From positions 37,760,001 through 37,824,000 of the forward strand of contig NC_058368.1 in NCBI RefSeq assembly GCF_018350175.1: a DNA stretch of 64,000 nt. Reading direction: 5' to 3'. Made by a program: the position numbers and the translations under genes. Each line of letters starts with the position of its first letter. The first letter of the stretch is position 1. Positions 49,600-60,652 of the stretch are shown here, one piece after another. The DNA comes from Felis catus (taxonomy: Eukaryota). The notes under the pieces are model-generated. The model was not told the origin of the DNA. It worked only from the letters and a program-made list of their open reading frames with translations, and searched no databases.

Positions 49600-49794
49600 T
49601 TTAATTTTTATTTTTTTGAGTTTATTTATTTTTGAGAGTGGAGAGAGCACAAACAGAGAAGGAGCAGATAGAGCGGGAGAGATGGAATCCCAAGCAGGCT
49701 CTGCCAACTCAGGGCTCCAACTCACTAATCATGATCATGACCTGAGCAAAAATCAAGAGTCTGATACTTTACTGGCTGAACCACCCAACGTTCT
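49600..49794 (-). mobile_element. CAN-SINE (degenerate)
   Basis: GAATCCCAAGCAGGCTCTG...GATCATGACCTGAGC...AAGAGTC. Confidence 0.87.
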
Positions 49795-50974
49795 TGGTGT
49801 TTAGTATAAGTACTTGCTTTATATTTCCTGTATCTGGCATTCACTCATACAGAAAATGATGCTTGGAGAAGCACAAAGATTATGGCCAAGCAACCTGGTC
49901 CAAATGAGTTGGGAAAGTGCCAGAAATGTTCTTTATTCCTGGGATTGGTTTTTCTGCCAGTGAATGTCACAGATTAATACTGTAACTGAGTAGCCCTGTG
50001 GTTTCTGTGGAAGCCCTGAAGAATTAGGTTCCCTGAGACCTATGAATCCTTAAAACCAGCGTAGAAAATTTTCTAATGGTTAGTAAATCAGTTAGTTCAA
50101 AAACTAAAAACAAAACAAAACAAAACAAACCCAAAACTGAGCTGAAAACCATATGGCCTCACAGAATTTAGAACCTGAAAGTGCTTTAGAGTATATTCTG
50201 GTGTTCTAGAGAAGAAAACAATAGAGTTAAAGACCTGATGGCTTGGCTGAAAACTGTGAAGCTAACTTGATCAGATTTTGATCGGTAGGCAGGGATCCTG
50301 ATATCCAAGTGAACAGTTTTATTGTCCCTGTTACCTAATTGTCTTGGCTCACCTTTAGCTGTAGATAAAAAATTACTACTTTTGCAAATTTCTGGGAATT
50401 TACTTTCTCAGAAAAGCATATTAGGGTATGATTAGTATAGGTAGACCTTAATTAAAGGATTGAAAAATCTTTCAATCCTCTTGAAAAATCTTTATTTTGT
50501 AGTGGGTTGGAATTCTGAGTAAACCATCTTTTGGAACATGGTATGTTTAATGTTATCTCAGCATTCCCTAGTGGAATTATGAACCATTTTCCTGATTCAT
50601 ACAGATATATAGTGCTACTAACATATCACTAGTAATGCTTATAAATCCAGACATTATTTTTTAACAATATATCTACAAAAGCACCTAATGGGACCATTAG
50701 ACCTGTTTTCCCATTTTGCCTTGTTAGAGTCTTTTCACAAATTACCAAAAGTATAAATGAGGCATCTCATTGTTTTAATTTACTATTGGTAGTTCTATAA
50801 TAAGAAAGGCCTCAAATCTAATTTTGGGGTGGGGGGATTTTTTTTGTCAAGTAATTCAGTTTATAAGCCATTTCCTTAATCCTCTGATGTTTAGCATCTG
50901 AACAAAAGACTCTGTCCAAGGTAATTTCAATTCTTTACCAGGGAGAAATAATATCATAGAATACTTATCTGATA

Positions 50975-51200
50975 TTTTATGATTTGCTTTGGCTGTACAT
51001 GATGTGAAGCTAACTCAAACTGTTTTAAATGGGACTCTATTAATTCATTAATTTGGGAGACCTGAGATGACTTAGGTATCAGTTTGAGGCTTGATCCAGA
51101 ATGCAAAAGGAGTTGCCAGAACTTCTTTCTCATATCTGTTCTCCTTTCTCTCTCTCTCTCCCTCCCTCCCTCCCTCCCTCCCTCCCTCCCTCCCTCCCTT

Positions 51201-51264
<64 letters not shown>

Positions 51265-51510
51265 TATGATGTAATAATGACCTCATTCTTGATCCAGGAG
51301 GATCTTGGGAAGTTTTAAGGCTGAAATAGTCCTTCGCTTCATAACTTCATACTCCTAAGACAGTTAAAGAGAGTTAATACATTTCATCATATCCCTAGTA
51401 AATAATAGTATAAATAAAACGGCATGCCTTCTGTTTGGAAAAACCTAAGTTATTTATCCAACTCAGTAAATCATTATGGCCAATACGGCCACTCTGGAGT
51501 TAGTACCATT
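50975..51510 (-). mobile_element. Old MaLR LTR (MLT1J-like) containing (CT)n/(CCCT)n
   Basis: CTAACTCAAACTG...GGCTTGATCCAG motifs; pyrimidine tract 51146-51261. Confidence 0.55.
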
Positions 51511-51529
51511 AAGAAAGGGAGCAAGAAAC

Positions 51530-51728
51530 TGTGTGGCCCAGTAGGTGAAGCATTCTACTCTTGATTTCGGCTCATGTCATGATCTCACTATTTGTGAGTT
51601 CAAGTCCTGTGTTGAGCTGTTGCTGACAGTGCGGAGCCTTCTTGGGATACTTTCTCACTCCTTGTCTCTCTACGCCTCCCACGCATTCACTCTCTTCTCT
51701 CAGCAAATAAAGAAAATTTATTAAAAAA
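51530..51728 (+). mobile_element. CAN-SINE (degenerate)
   Basis: ACTCTTGATTTCGGCTCATGTCATGATCTCAC...GAGTTCAAG. Confidence 0.8.
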
Positions 51729-52254
51729 ATAACCATGCATACTGTGTGTTTTTAGTTTTTTAGGCAAATATCCAATAAGGCAGTTTAAAGTGTTTCACAT
51801 TTTACTAAGTGTAGCATTTAGTGAAGCAGATAATATACCATTTTCACCAAAAATGATACAATTTTATAGTACCAACTTTCAGAGTAAAAGAAGATGACAG
51901 TGATAATGTTTAGTAATTATTTAATCAGGATTGACTGAAAAGAAAAATGCTGTATCAACTCATTTTGCAGACCTATACACAGATGTCATCATCCTTTGAA
52001 ATGTGTAGCTATCTGCAAAATTATACGTAATATTTGTTTTCTTGATGTGTTTGCTGAAAAATAATTCTTGAAGCAGAGAACGTTCCTAAACAGTAGTTAT
52101 TTTTCAAAAGCCTTTAGCTGTGGCAAACATTTTGAACTTGAATTTCAAAGGCGTCCTTGAAAACCTTTGGACAGTGAACCAAATGATTGTACATTATAAT
52201 ATGCATTTGTGGTCTCCAAATTTATTAAAAATGTCATATTTTATGTTTTTTTAG

Positions 52255-52328
52255 TCTGACACGTGAGAAGCTTTGAAGTCGACACAGTTGAACCATAAGG
52301 GTATCTTGAAACTTTAGAGAAAGAAACC
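52255..52328 (+). other. Candidate 74-nt non-coding exon
   Basis: Acceptor ATTTTATGTTTTTTTAG|, donor ACC|GTAAGA; stops in all three frames. Confidence 0.3.
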
Positions 52329-52605
52329 GTAAGAATGTGTACTAACTTACATATGGGAATTGGTAGTTCAACATTTCTTTATTTAAAAAAAAAATGGTGG
52401 CAGCAGTAGAGTCAAAGACAAAAATGTAATAATCACAGTGTATACGGTACATATATACTTTACTAATCTACTAATCTTGCTATACACACGTATAAGAATT
52501 CCCTCAATAAGACTGAAATGTAGTCATTACTGCCCTGTTTTACAGATCAGGAAACTGAGAAATGACAAAAAAAAAAAAAAAATTGAAGTAACTTACTTAA
52601 AAATG

Positions 52606-52971
52606 TGCCATGGTCGGAATGTTTGTGCACTCCCCAAATTCATATGTGATATCCTAACCCCCAAAGTGATGGTATTATAGAGGTGGGGCCTTTGCAAAGT
52701 GCTTAGTTCGTGTGGGTAGAGCCTTCATGAGTGGGATTTGTGTCCTTATTAAAGAGGCTTACGAGAGCTCTGTTATGTCTATCAACAGTGTGAGGACGCA
52801 GTGACATATTGGCTGTCTGTGACTCAGAAGAGGGCCTTCACCAGAACCAGACCATGCTGACACCCTAATATTGCACTGTCAACTTTCAGAGTTGTGAGAA
52901 ATAAATTTCTGTTCTTTAGAAGTTGCCCGATTTCTGGTAGCTTGTTACGACATTCCAAACAGACTAAGACA
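52606..52971 (+). mobile_element. MaLR solo LTR (MLT1A-like) at the edge of a MIR fragment
   Basis: TGCCATGG...AGACTAAGACA; 5-bp TSD AAATG; MIR motif TTTTACAGATCAGGAAACTGAG just upstream. Confidence 0.92.
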
Positions 52972-53049
52972 AAATGTTAGGGTTATAATAGGACAACCTC
53001 AAAAGGACCAGCCTAGCATACTGTTTGAGAACACATTTTTGAAGGGAAT

Positions 53050-53240
53050 TCCCAGGGTTCAAATTCTGGTTCTGGTACCTCCTCGCTGTGTGACTTTAGG
53101 ATATTGGTGCTATTTCCCCACCTACAAAACCAAGATAATAATAATAGCTAAGTTACAGAGCTTTCCTGAAGATTACACATCTAAATACAGATGTTGTACT
53201 TAGAAAAATGCCTTACCCACTTTAAGAGCAACGTATTTCC
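53050..53240 (+). mobile_element. MIR fragment
   Basis: CCAGGGTTCAAATTCTGGTTCTG...GCTGTGTGACTTTAGG core. Confidence 0.7.
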
Positions 53241-54156
53241 TTTTATTAGAAATCCCCAACTGTTTTCATGTTACCACAGTGCCAGCAAAGTTCTAGTTTT
53301 GATAGGTTTGCTGTAAAACTTTGGTATAATGTAATAACTGCTTACAAATCCACTTGCTCATCAAACTAGATTTTGTTGTTGTTTCATTTAATTACACAGT
53401 ATTGTGTCCAGAGAGCAAGAAAGACAAGGATAAATGTATAATATCTTCTTAGAGCATTAATTTTACTTTTAAAGGATGCACTATTTGTAATGTAAAATTC
53501 ACACATTTTATAAGTTATAATACAGAGCCAGCAATAAAGTTCTAGTATTTAGTAAGCTGCTATGGGTTCTGACTTATCTTTCTGGGAAATTGGTTCATTT
53601 TCCTATTATTTTATGTAAAATTGGATTGAAATTTTAGATAACCACTAATTTATGTCATCTTTCAGATAGAGAATGACTTAATTTATACCAATATGCTCTT
53701 TGAGTTAGTTGCTGGGCTTTGATCTGTTATCAGAATTCTGAGTGGTACCAAAATATCTTTTGAGACACTAAAATCTGTACTGAAAACTGTGAACGATAAT
53801 GCAGTTTGTAACCACAGGATCTATTATTGTGACACTTTCCCTTGAAGAGTTTACGCTCAGATGTGGTAACATATCACAGATTAAGGAGTTTCTAGTGGTA
53901 TATTCACTGTAATTGGAGTCAAAGGTAAAATATAAATGTAAGATGTAATGGAACTTTGAGTAGGAAGAAAAACTAAAATGATAGGTTTAAAGCTATAAAA
54001 TTTTTACTCTAAATTTAGAATATAATATTTAGTTTATAATTGTGGAATAAAACATGTTTGAAATAATACATTTTGAAATTCAAAAACCTACTTGTGTTTT
54101 CTGTTTTGAAACAGAAACTTTATGTTTCTTTCCCATTCTTTTCCTATTCTTCCCAT

Positions 54157-55261
54157 GAATAGCCAAACCATCTTGAAAAAGAAAACCGAAGCTGGAGGCA
54201 TCACAATCCCAGACTTCAAGCTGTACTACAAAGCTGTAATCATCAAGACAGTATGGTACTGGCACAAAAACCCTCAGATCAGTGGAACAGAATAGAGAAA
54301 TGGACCCACAAGTGTATGGCCAACTAATCTTTGACAAAGCAGGAAGGAATATCCAATGGAATAAAGACAGTCTCTTCAGCAAGTGGTGTTGGGAAAACTG
54401 GACAGTGACATGCAGAAGAATGAACCTGGACCACTTTCTTCCACCATACACAAAAATAAACTCAAAATGGATGAAAGACCTCAATGTAAGACAGGAAGCC
54501 ATCAAAATAGTAGAGGAGAAAGCAGGCAAAAACCTCTTTGATCTTGGCTGCAGCAACTTCTTACTCAACACGTCTCTGGAGGCAAGAGAAACAAAAGCCA
54601 AAATGAACTACTGAGAACTCATCAAAATAAAAAGCTTCTGCACAGCGAAGGAAACAATCAGCAAAACTAAAAGGCAACCTATGGAATGGAGAAGATATTT
54701 GCAAATGACATATCAGATAAAGGGTTAGTATCCAAAATGTACAAAGAACTTGTCAAACTCAACACCCAAAACACAAATAATCCAGTGAAGAAATGGGCAA
54801 AAGACATGACTAGACACGTCTTCAAAGAAGACATCCAGATGGCCAACCAACACATGAAAAACTGCTCCACATCACTCATCATCAGGGAAATACAAATCAA
54901 AACCACAATGAGATACCACCTTACACCTGTCAGAATGGCTAACAGTAACAACTCAGGCAACAACAGATGTTGCTGAGGATGCAGAGAAAGAGGATCTCTT
55001 TTGCATTGTTGGTGGCAATGCAAGTTGGTGCAGCCACTCTGGAAAACAGTATGGAGGTTCCTCAAAAAACTAAAAATAGAACTACCCTACGACCCAGCAA
55101 TTGCACCACTAGGTGTTTATCCACAGGATACAGGTGTGCTGTTTTGAAAGGACACATGCACCCCCATGTTTATAGCAACACTATCAACAGTAGCCAAAGT
55201 ATGGAAAGAGCCCAAATGTCCCTCGATGGATGAATGGATAAAGAAGATGTGGTGTGTGTGT

Positions 55262-55315
<54 letters not shown>

Positions 55316-55680
55316 ACAATGGAGTATTACTCAGCAATCAAAAAAAAAAAGAAATCTTGCCATTTGCAAGTACGTGGATGGTACTAGAGGGTATTATGCT
55401 AAGTGAAATTAGAGAAGGCAAGTATCATGACTTCCCTCCTATGAGGACTTTAGGAGACAAAACAGATGAACATAAGTGAAGGGAAACAAAAATAATATAA
55501 AAACAGGAAGGGGGACAAAACATAAGAGACTCATAAATATGGAGAACAAACTGAGGGTACTGGAGGGTTTGTGGGAAGGGGGGTGGTCTAAATTGGTAAG
55601 GGGCACTAAGGAAGCTACCCTGAAATCACTGTTGCACTATCTGCTAACTAACTTGGGTGTAAATTAAAAAAATAATTTAA
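54157..55680 (+). mobile_element. 5'-truncated carnivore L1 with (TG)/(CA) microsatellite
   Basis: ORF2 C-terminal pieces 54282-54614, 54686-54976 and 55166-55387; 3'UTR; microsatellite 55253-55318. Confidence 0.94.
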
Positions 55681-55900
55681 GGGCGCCTGGGTGGCTCAGT
55701 CGGTTGGGCGTCTGACTTTGGCTCAGGTCATGATCTCACAGTCTGTGAGTTTGATCCCCGCATCAGCGTCTGTGCTGACAGCTCAGAGCCTGGAGCCTGC
55801 TTCAGATTCTGTGTCTCCCTCTCTCTGACCCTCCCCCATCCATGCTCTGTCTCTCTCTGTCTCAAAATTAAATAAACATTAAAAAATTTTTTTAAAATAA
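55681..55900 (+). mobile_element. CAN-SINE in the L1 A-tail
   Basis: GGGCGCCTGGGTGGCTCAGTCGG head directly after the L1 3' end. Confidence 0.94.
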
Positions 55901-56214
55901 ATTAATGTAAAAAAATAAATAAAAGAATCCATTGTTATTAGAGTACCACCTTCTATTGTTTATGATCTGAACTTAAAGGTATCCAGGAAACATTTGTTAT
56001 TTAAAGAGTGAGGGAATAATGGAAACAGTGTAATTCATTTTTAAATTAATTTTATTTAACTTATTCACTGAACAAATTTTGAAACATGTCTTCTGCAATA
56101 TTTAGTTTTGGATGTGTTGCTCTTATCAGTGATAACATAATAACATAATTCTTTGTATTCCATGATGTAGCTTTGTGAAGATCATGCTTTTTTATTACTA
56201 AAATCAAGTAACAG

Positions 56215-56600
56215 TATATAATGAAAGCCATATATGAAAAACCCACAGCTAACATCATACTTAATGGTGAAACGTTGAAAGTCTTGCTCCAAAATCAGAA
56301 ACAAGAGTGCCCACTATCACTCTTCCTATTCGTAATAATACTGAAAATCCTACCCAGAGCAATTGGCCAAGAAAAATAAATAAAATGCATCCAAATTAGA
56401 AAGGAAGAATAAAATTGTCTTTGATTGCACATGACATGATTTTATATAAAATAAACTGTAAAGACATAGTAAAAATGTTAGAACTAAGAAATGAATTCAA
56501 TAAAGTTGCAAAATATGAAAATCAATTGTATTTCTATACATTAACAACAAAATACCTGAAATAGAAAATAATTCCCTTTATAATAGCATCAAAAACAGTA
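56215..56600 (+). mobile_element. Old L1 ORF2 (RT) fragment
   Basis: GCCATATATGAAAAACCCACAGCTAACATCATACTTAATGGTGAA. Confidence 0.85.
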
Positions 56601-56899
56601 TCAAATCCATGAAGATCAATGTGGTAAAAGCAAAAAGTTGATGAAAGGATAATTGCTTGGATGTGAAATCAGAGGCCTAGTACAAAATGATCTAACATAG
56701 TTACATCATCAACCTTTCATGTCAGTTGCAATCACCTGGGGAGAGATGGATAGCTAGATGGAGAGATAAATCATTATAGATGGTGATATATCTATCCATC
56801 CATCTGTCCTTCTATCCATCCATCTTTCAAAGCCTACCTTTTATTATACACATTTTTGTATAATTGATTTTATTGATAGCACTTGGCCATTATTATATT

Positions 56900-57110
56900 T
56901 TAAAATAGTGATGGGTAGCAGTGAAATTGAAGAGAATCATTTAGAATTTATAGCAAGAATAATTCCTTACAAATTGGAACATTTTTAAAAAGTCTCTCTC
57001 TCAGTTCTCAAGACTAAGTTGTTTTGACCTGAGTAACCTAAAGGATCAAGTTGCTATTTGCCGAGATGGGAAAGATCATAGAAGAATCAGATTTGTGCTG
57101 AAGACTTGAA
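56900..57110 (-). mobile_element. LINE-2 fragment
   Basis: TTTTGACCTGAGTAAC...GTTGCTATTTGCCGAGATGGGAAAGATC. Confidence 0.6.
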
Positions 57111-57139
57111 TAATTAACTTTTTTTAGACCCACAAAGGT

Positions 57140-58140
57140 GTACTATATTTTCTATTAAAACTTAATATTTTTCTCTATATAATCACCCTCATTTCTACCA
57201 AAGATAATCACAATAAGAATAATTTGTTACCAAAGTAAATCTAGGCTCATTAAACTTGGCACAATTATTTATATAAGTGCGGCAAGAACAATGATCAACA
57301 ACATGGATTCTTTTTAAGTCTACTTTGCTGGAACTTTTCATAAGGAATCTCACATTGGACATTTAATAGCCCCTTAAGGCTGGGAAGCCAAGCCAAGGAC
57401 TCCCCATGAGAATGTGCCTATAATACTTGTAGATTTGGATAAATTCCTTTCTTGTCAAAGTCACCAAGACATCCAGTTTATTGTACCTGGCAGGAAGTGA
57501 CCTTCTTTACTCACTAGGTAAGGCTGATGGGAGTACTATAAGCAAGGCACCAGGACGTATTTCCAAGGGTCTTTATTGTATCTTTAAGTCAACCTTAGTT
57601 CCTTAAAACTGGTCATGTTTGATTCAATGTACATCACTCACAAATAAGATATTCCAGTCAAAATCTTAATGATATAACCCGTGTCTCCAATTGTGTTCTG
57701 TTACACAGAGAACATATATTTATTGAACTTAATGCAAATTGCTATATCACCATGGAAATAAGAATATTCAGTGTGCGTTTCCAAATTCTGAAGAGATCGG
57801 GTGGGGAGAAAATGTAATTGTTTAAATTCTGGTTACAATGGTATAACTTATCAAATTGCTGTAAGTCATAGATAAGAGAAAAAAGGTTTCCTGGTATCTG
57901 GAAATACAAAGCATTAAAAAACCAGCAGTGTTTCAAACGAAAATACCTCCACATGAATTCGTTCAGTCCCATGTAATTAGTTCATGTTGATCTTGATCTA
58001 CTGTTAGCAGCTTTATCAATCCATCAGTGTCTCTGTTAGAGTTCTGTAAATTGTTACCCATTTCAGTAGCATTATCTGAAAGTTATCAGAAACCCGTACT
58101 TGTCAGAGTCCCGTCTCTGCATCTCTTAAGAAGAAGCACT
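57140..58140 (-). mobile_element. ERV1 MER4-group internal fragment
   Basis: GCTGGAACTTTTCATAAGGAATCTCA, AAGCCAAGCCAAGG, CAGGAAGTGACCTTC, ATTCCAGTCAAA and GTTATCAGAAACC motifs. Confidence 0.8.
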
Positions 58141-58647
58141 TTTGCGGGAGCGTCAGAGTCAAATAGTAACAGCTTTTTGCCAACCTCTGCCAGTCTTCCA
58201 GCATCTCATCTGCAGGCTTTGGAGCAAACAGTCTCTCAACAGGTCCCATCATGGGTTGCCAAACTTTTGTGATGCTTAAGCTGCCCACCAGCACAGTCTT
58301 CACATTCCAATTTTCTTTTTCTTGTTAGTTTTGTCAAAGTTCCATGGTTTTCTAATATGCCAGCAGCATGTTTGTTTTCCATTTGCTTATGGCTTAAAAA
58401 GCCACAGAGGGGGTTGGGTAGCCTGAATAACCATCTCATGCATCACTGCTATCTCTTTCAGAGTTGCATTTTTCTTTAAACACAGAAAATGTTAAATAAA
58501 AACTTAAGTGTCATAATGCTGCTAGATATGAGGAAGATGAAGCAGTAATTTGTGCTTTAAATTTTTATTTATATTCTGTATTTTTGGCCCACAGTATGCT
58601 TATTAAAATGGACTCATTTTCCTCTCTTCTTTGGTCCATCTTTAGAA

Positions 58648-58649
<2 letters not shown>

Positions 58650-58701
<52 letters not shown>

Positions 58702-58790
58702 CATATATAATATATATATGGTATATATAATAGAATATATATATTCTAATATATAATATATATATTCTAAATATATATATATTTAGAAAT
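58650..58790. repeat. (TA)n with AT-rich palindromes
   Basis: (AT)n 58651-58693; perfect palindromes 58731-58748 and 58765-58788. Confidence 0.93.
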
Positions 58791-59449
58791 TACATCTGAA
58801 ATGTTTGTCTCTTTTTCTCTTTGAAGTCACTACTCATGAATCCTCCCCCATTGCAAACAGATTTATGCTCCAAATCTATATAAAGAGGTTAAATGACTAA
58901 GAAATGTAGAAGGCACAGGATGAAGGAGAAAGGCCATGAGAGTGAGAGAAAAGAACTACATAAAAATCAGTGTAAACTTTGGGAAGATAACACAAATATC
59001 TGTGAAAAGGTGGAAAAGTTAGAAACATATAGACAATGATGGCAATCTGTTGCTTACAAATGTATGAGGAGAAATGTACAGACAAATCATAGGAAATACT
59101 GGATTCACTAAATATAAACAGGTGAGTTTTATATAGTTCACTGCATGCTGTTGAATTTTATTAGACTCTTTTAAGCCTTATTGCTTGAACTTGTAAAGTT
59201 CTTATTTCTCATTGATTTATTTCTAAATAAATAAAAGGTGCTGTTTTTCATAGGATGTCATCATTCTTCATCATTAGGGAGTGGCAACAGCAAAATATCA
59301 GGTGTTTTCTACCATCTTCCCCTCAATTTTGATATCACTCATTGACAAGAGTGCCTTTTTTGGAAGTCCGGGAGTCCAGTAGAGAATTTTCAACACATGG
59401 TTGGAGGAAAAAAAAATCTGAGACTAGACACATTTAAGAAGGTAGGAGG

Positions 59450-59679
59450 TCGGGCGCCTGGGTGGCGCAGTCGGTTAAGCGTCCGACTTCAGCCAGGTCA
59501 GGATCTCGCGGTCTGGGAGTTCGAGCCCCGTGTCAGGCTCTGGGCTGATGGCTCAGAGCCTGGAGCCTGTTTCCAATTCTGTGTCTCCCTTTCTCTCTGC
59601 CCCTCCCCCCGTTCATGCTCTGTCTCTCTCTGTCCCAAAAATAAATTTAAAAAGTTGAAAAAAAATTAAAAAAAAAAAA
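59450..59679 (+). mobile_element. SINEC_Fc
   Basis: TSD AAGAAGGTAGGAGG (59436-59449, 59680-59693). Confidence 0.96.
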
Positions 59680-60014
59680 AAGAAGGTAGGAGGAACAGTT
59701 TCACTTTGCCCTCATCAGCCCTCCCAGCTGGAACAGCCCAGTGCCAAGAGATACCTCAATTATAAGAGGAACATGCTCTGGGTATCCTAAATACAGTGTG
59801 ATGAGGGTAGTTAATACTACTATGCTGTGTACTTAAGATTTACTAAGTATACACAGTTTTGTCAATTATACCTCAATAAAGCTGAAAAAAACCATCATTA
59901 ATTTTATTGTCATAGTTGATCATGAGAAATAATGTCATAGAGTCTATGTATGTATTTATAGGCATGAAATTTATGAAATAAAAAGTGTCCATGCAATAAT
60001 TCTTTTTAGTAACT

Positions 60015-60210
60015 TTTGCTTTAAAAAAGTGTTTATTGATTTATTTTGAGAGAGACAGAGCTCAAGCAAGGGAGGGGCGGAGAGAGAGAGAATCCCAAGC
60101 AGTCTCCAGGCTGTCAGCACAGAGCCCGATGCGGGGCTTGAACCCACAAACAATAAATCATGATCTGAGCCGAAATCAGATGACACTTGACTGTGCTACC
60201 TAGGTGCCCC
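60015..60210 (-). mobile_element. CAN-SINE
   Basis: GAATCCCAAGCAG...AGAGCCCGATGCGGGGCTTGAACCCAC. Confidence 0.9.
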
Positions 60211-60460
60211 CATGAAATATTTAAAATAAATTTTTAATTGAAACATAATAAGAATTGCAATTGTCATTCACTAAATAAAAATCTAATTCAGTGATAAAAT
60301 AATGGTACAGAGTGTTGCTAATTTAACTTACTAGAAAAGAAAAATATACTTGTCCTAAGAATATCATTTTCAGCAGCCTGACAAATGAGGAACTTCTCGA
60401 ATGACAAGACTCATGAAACATAGGCAAATGGTACTTACTATTCACTTTTTCATAGTCCTT

Positions 60461-60652
60461 TTTTTTTTAATGTTTTTAATTTATTTTTGAGAGAGAGAGG
60501 TTGCAGAGAGAGATGGAGACACAGAATCTGAAGCAGGTTCCAGGCTTTGAGCTGTCAGCATGGAGCCCTACTTGAGGCTCAAACTCATAAGCTGTGAGAT
60601 CACAACCTGAGTTGAAGTCAGATGCTTCTCTGTCTGAGCCCTCAGGCGCCCC
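60461..60652 (-). mobile_element. CAN-SINE
   Basis: TSD TCATAGTC(C/G)TT. Confidence 0.92.

Noticed and set aside
50954..51318. RE-rich and SL-rich ORFs
   Set aside because: Translations of the (CT)n/(CCCT)n microsatellite
54080..54601. 173-aa minus-strand ORF
   Set aside because: Antisense reading of L1 ORF2
55253..55275. TG/CA palindrome as a functional hairpin
   Set aside because: Ordinary microsatellite growth at a common slippage site in L1 3' ends
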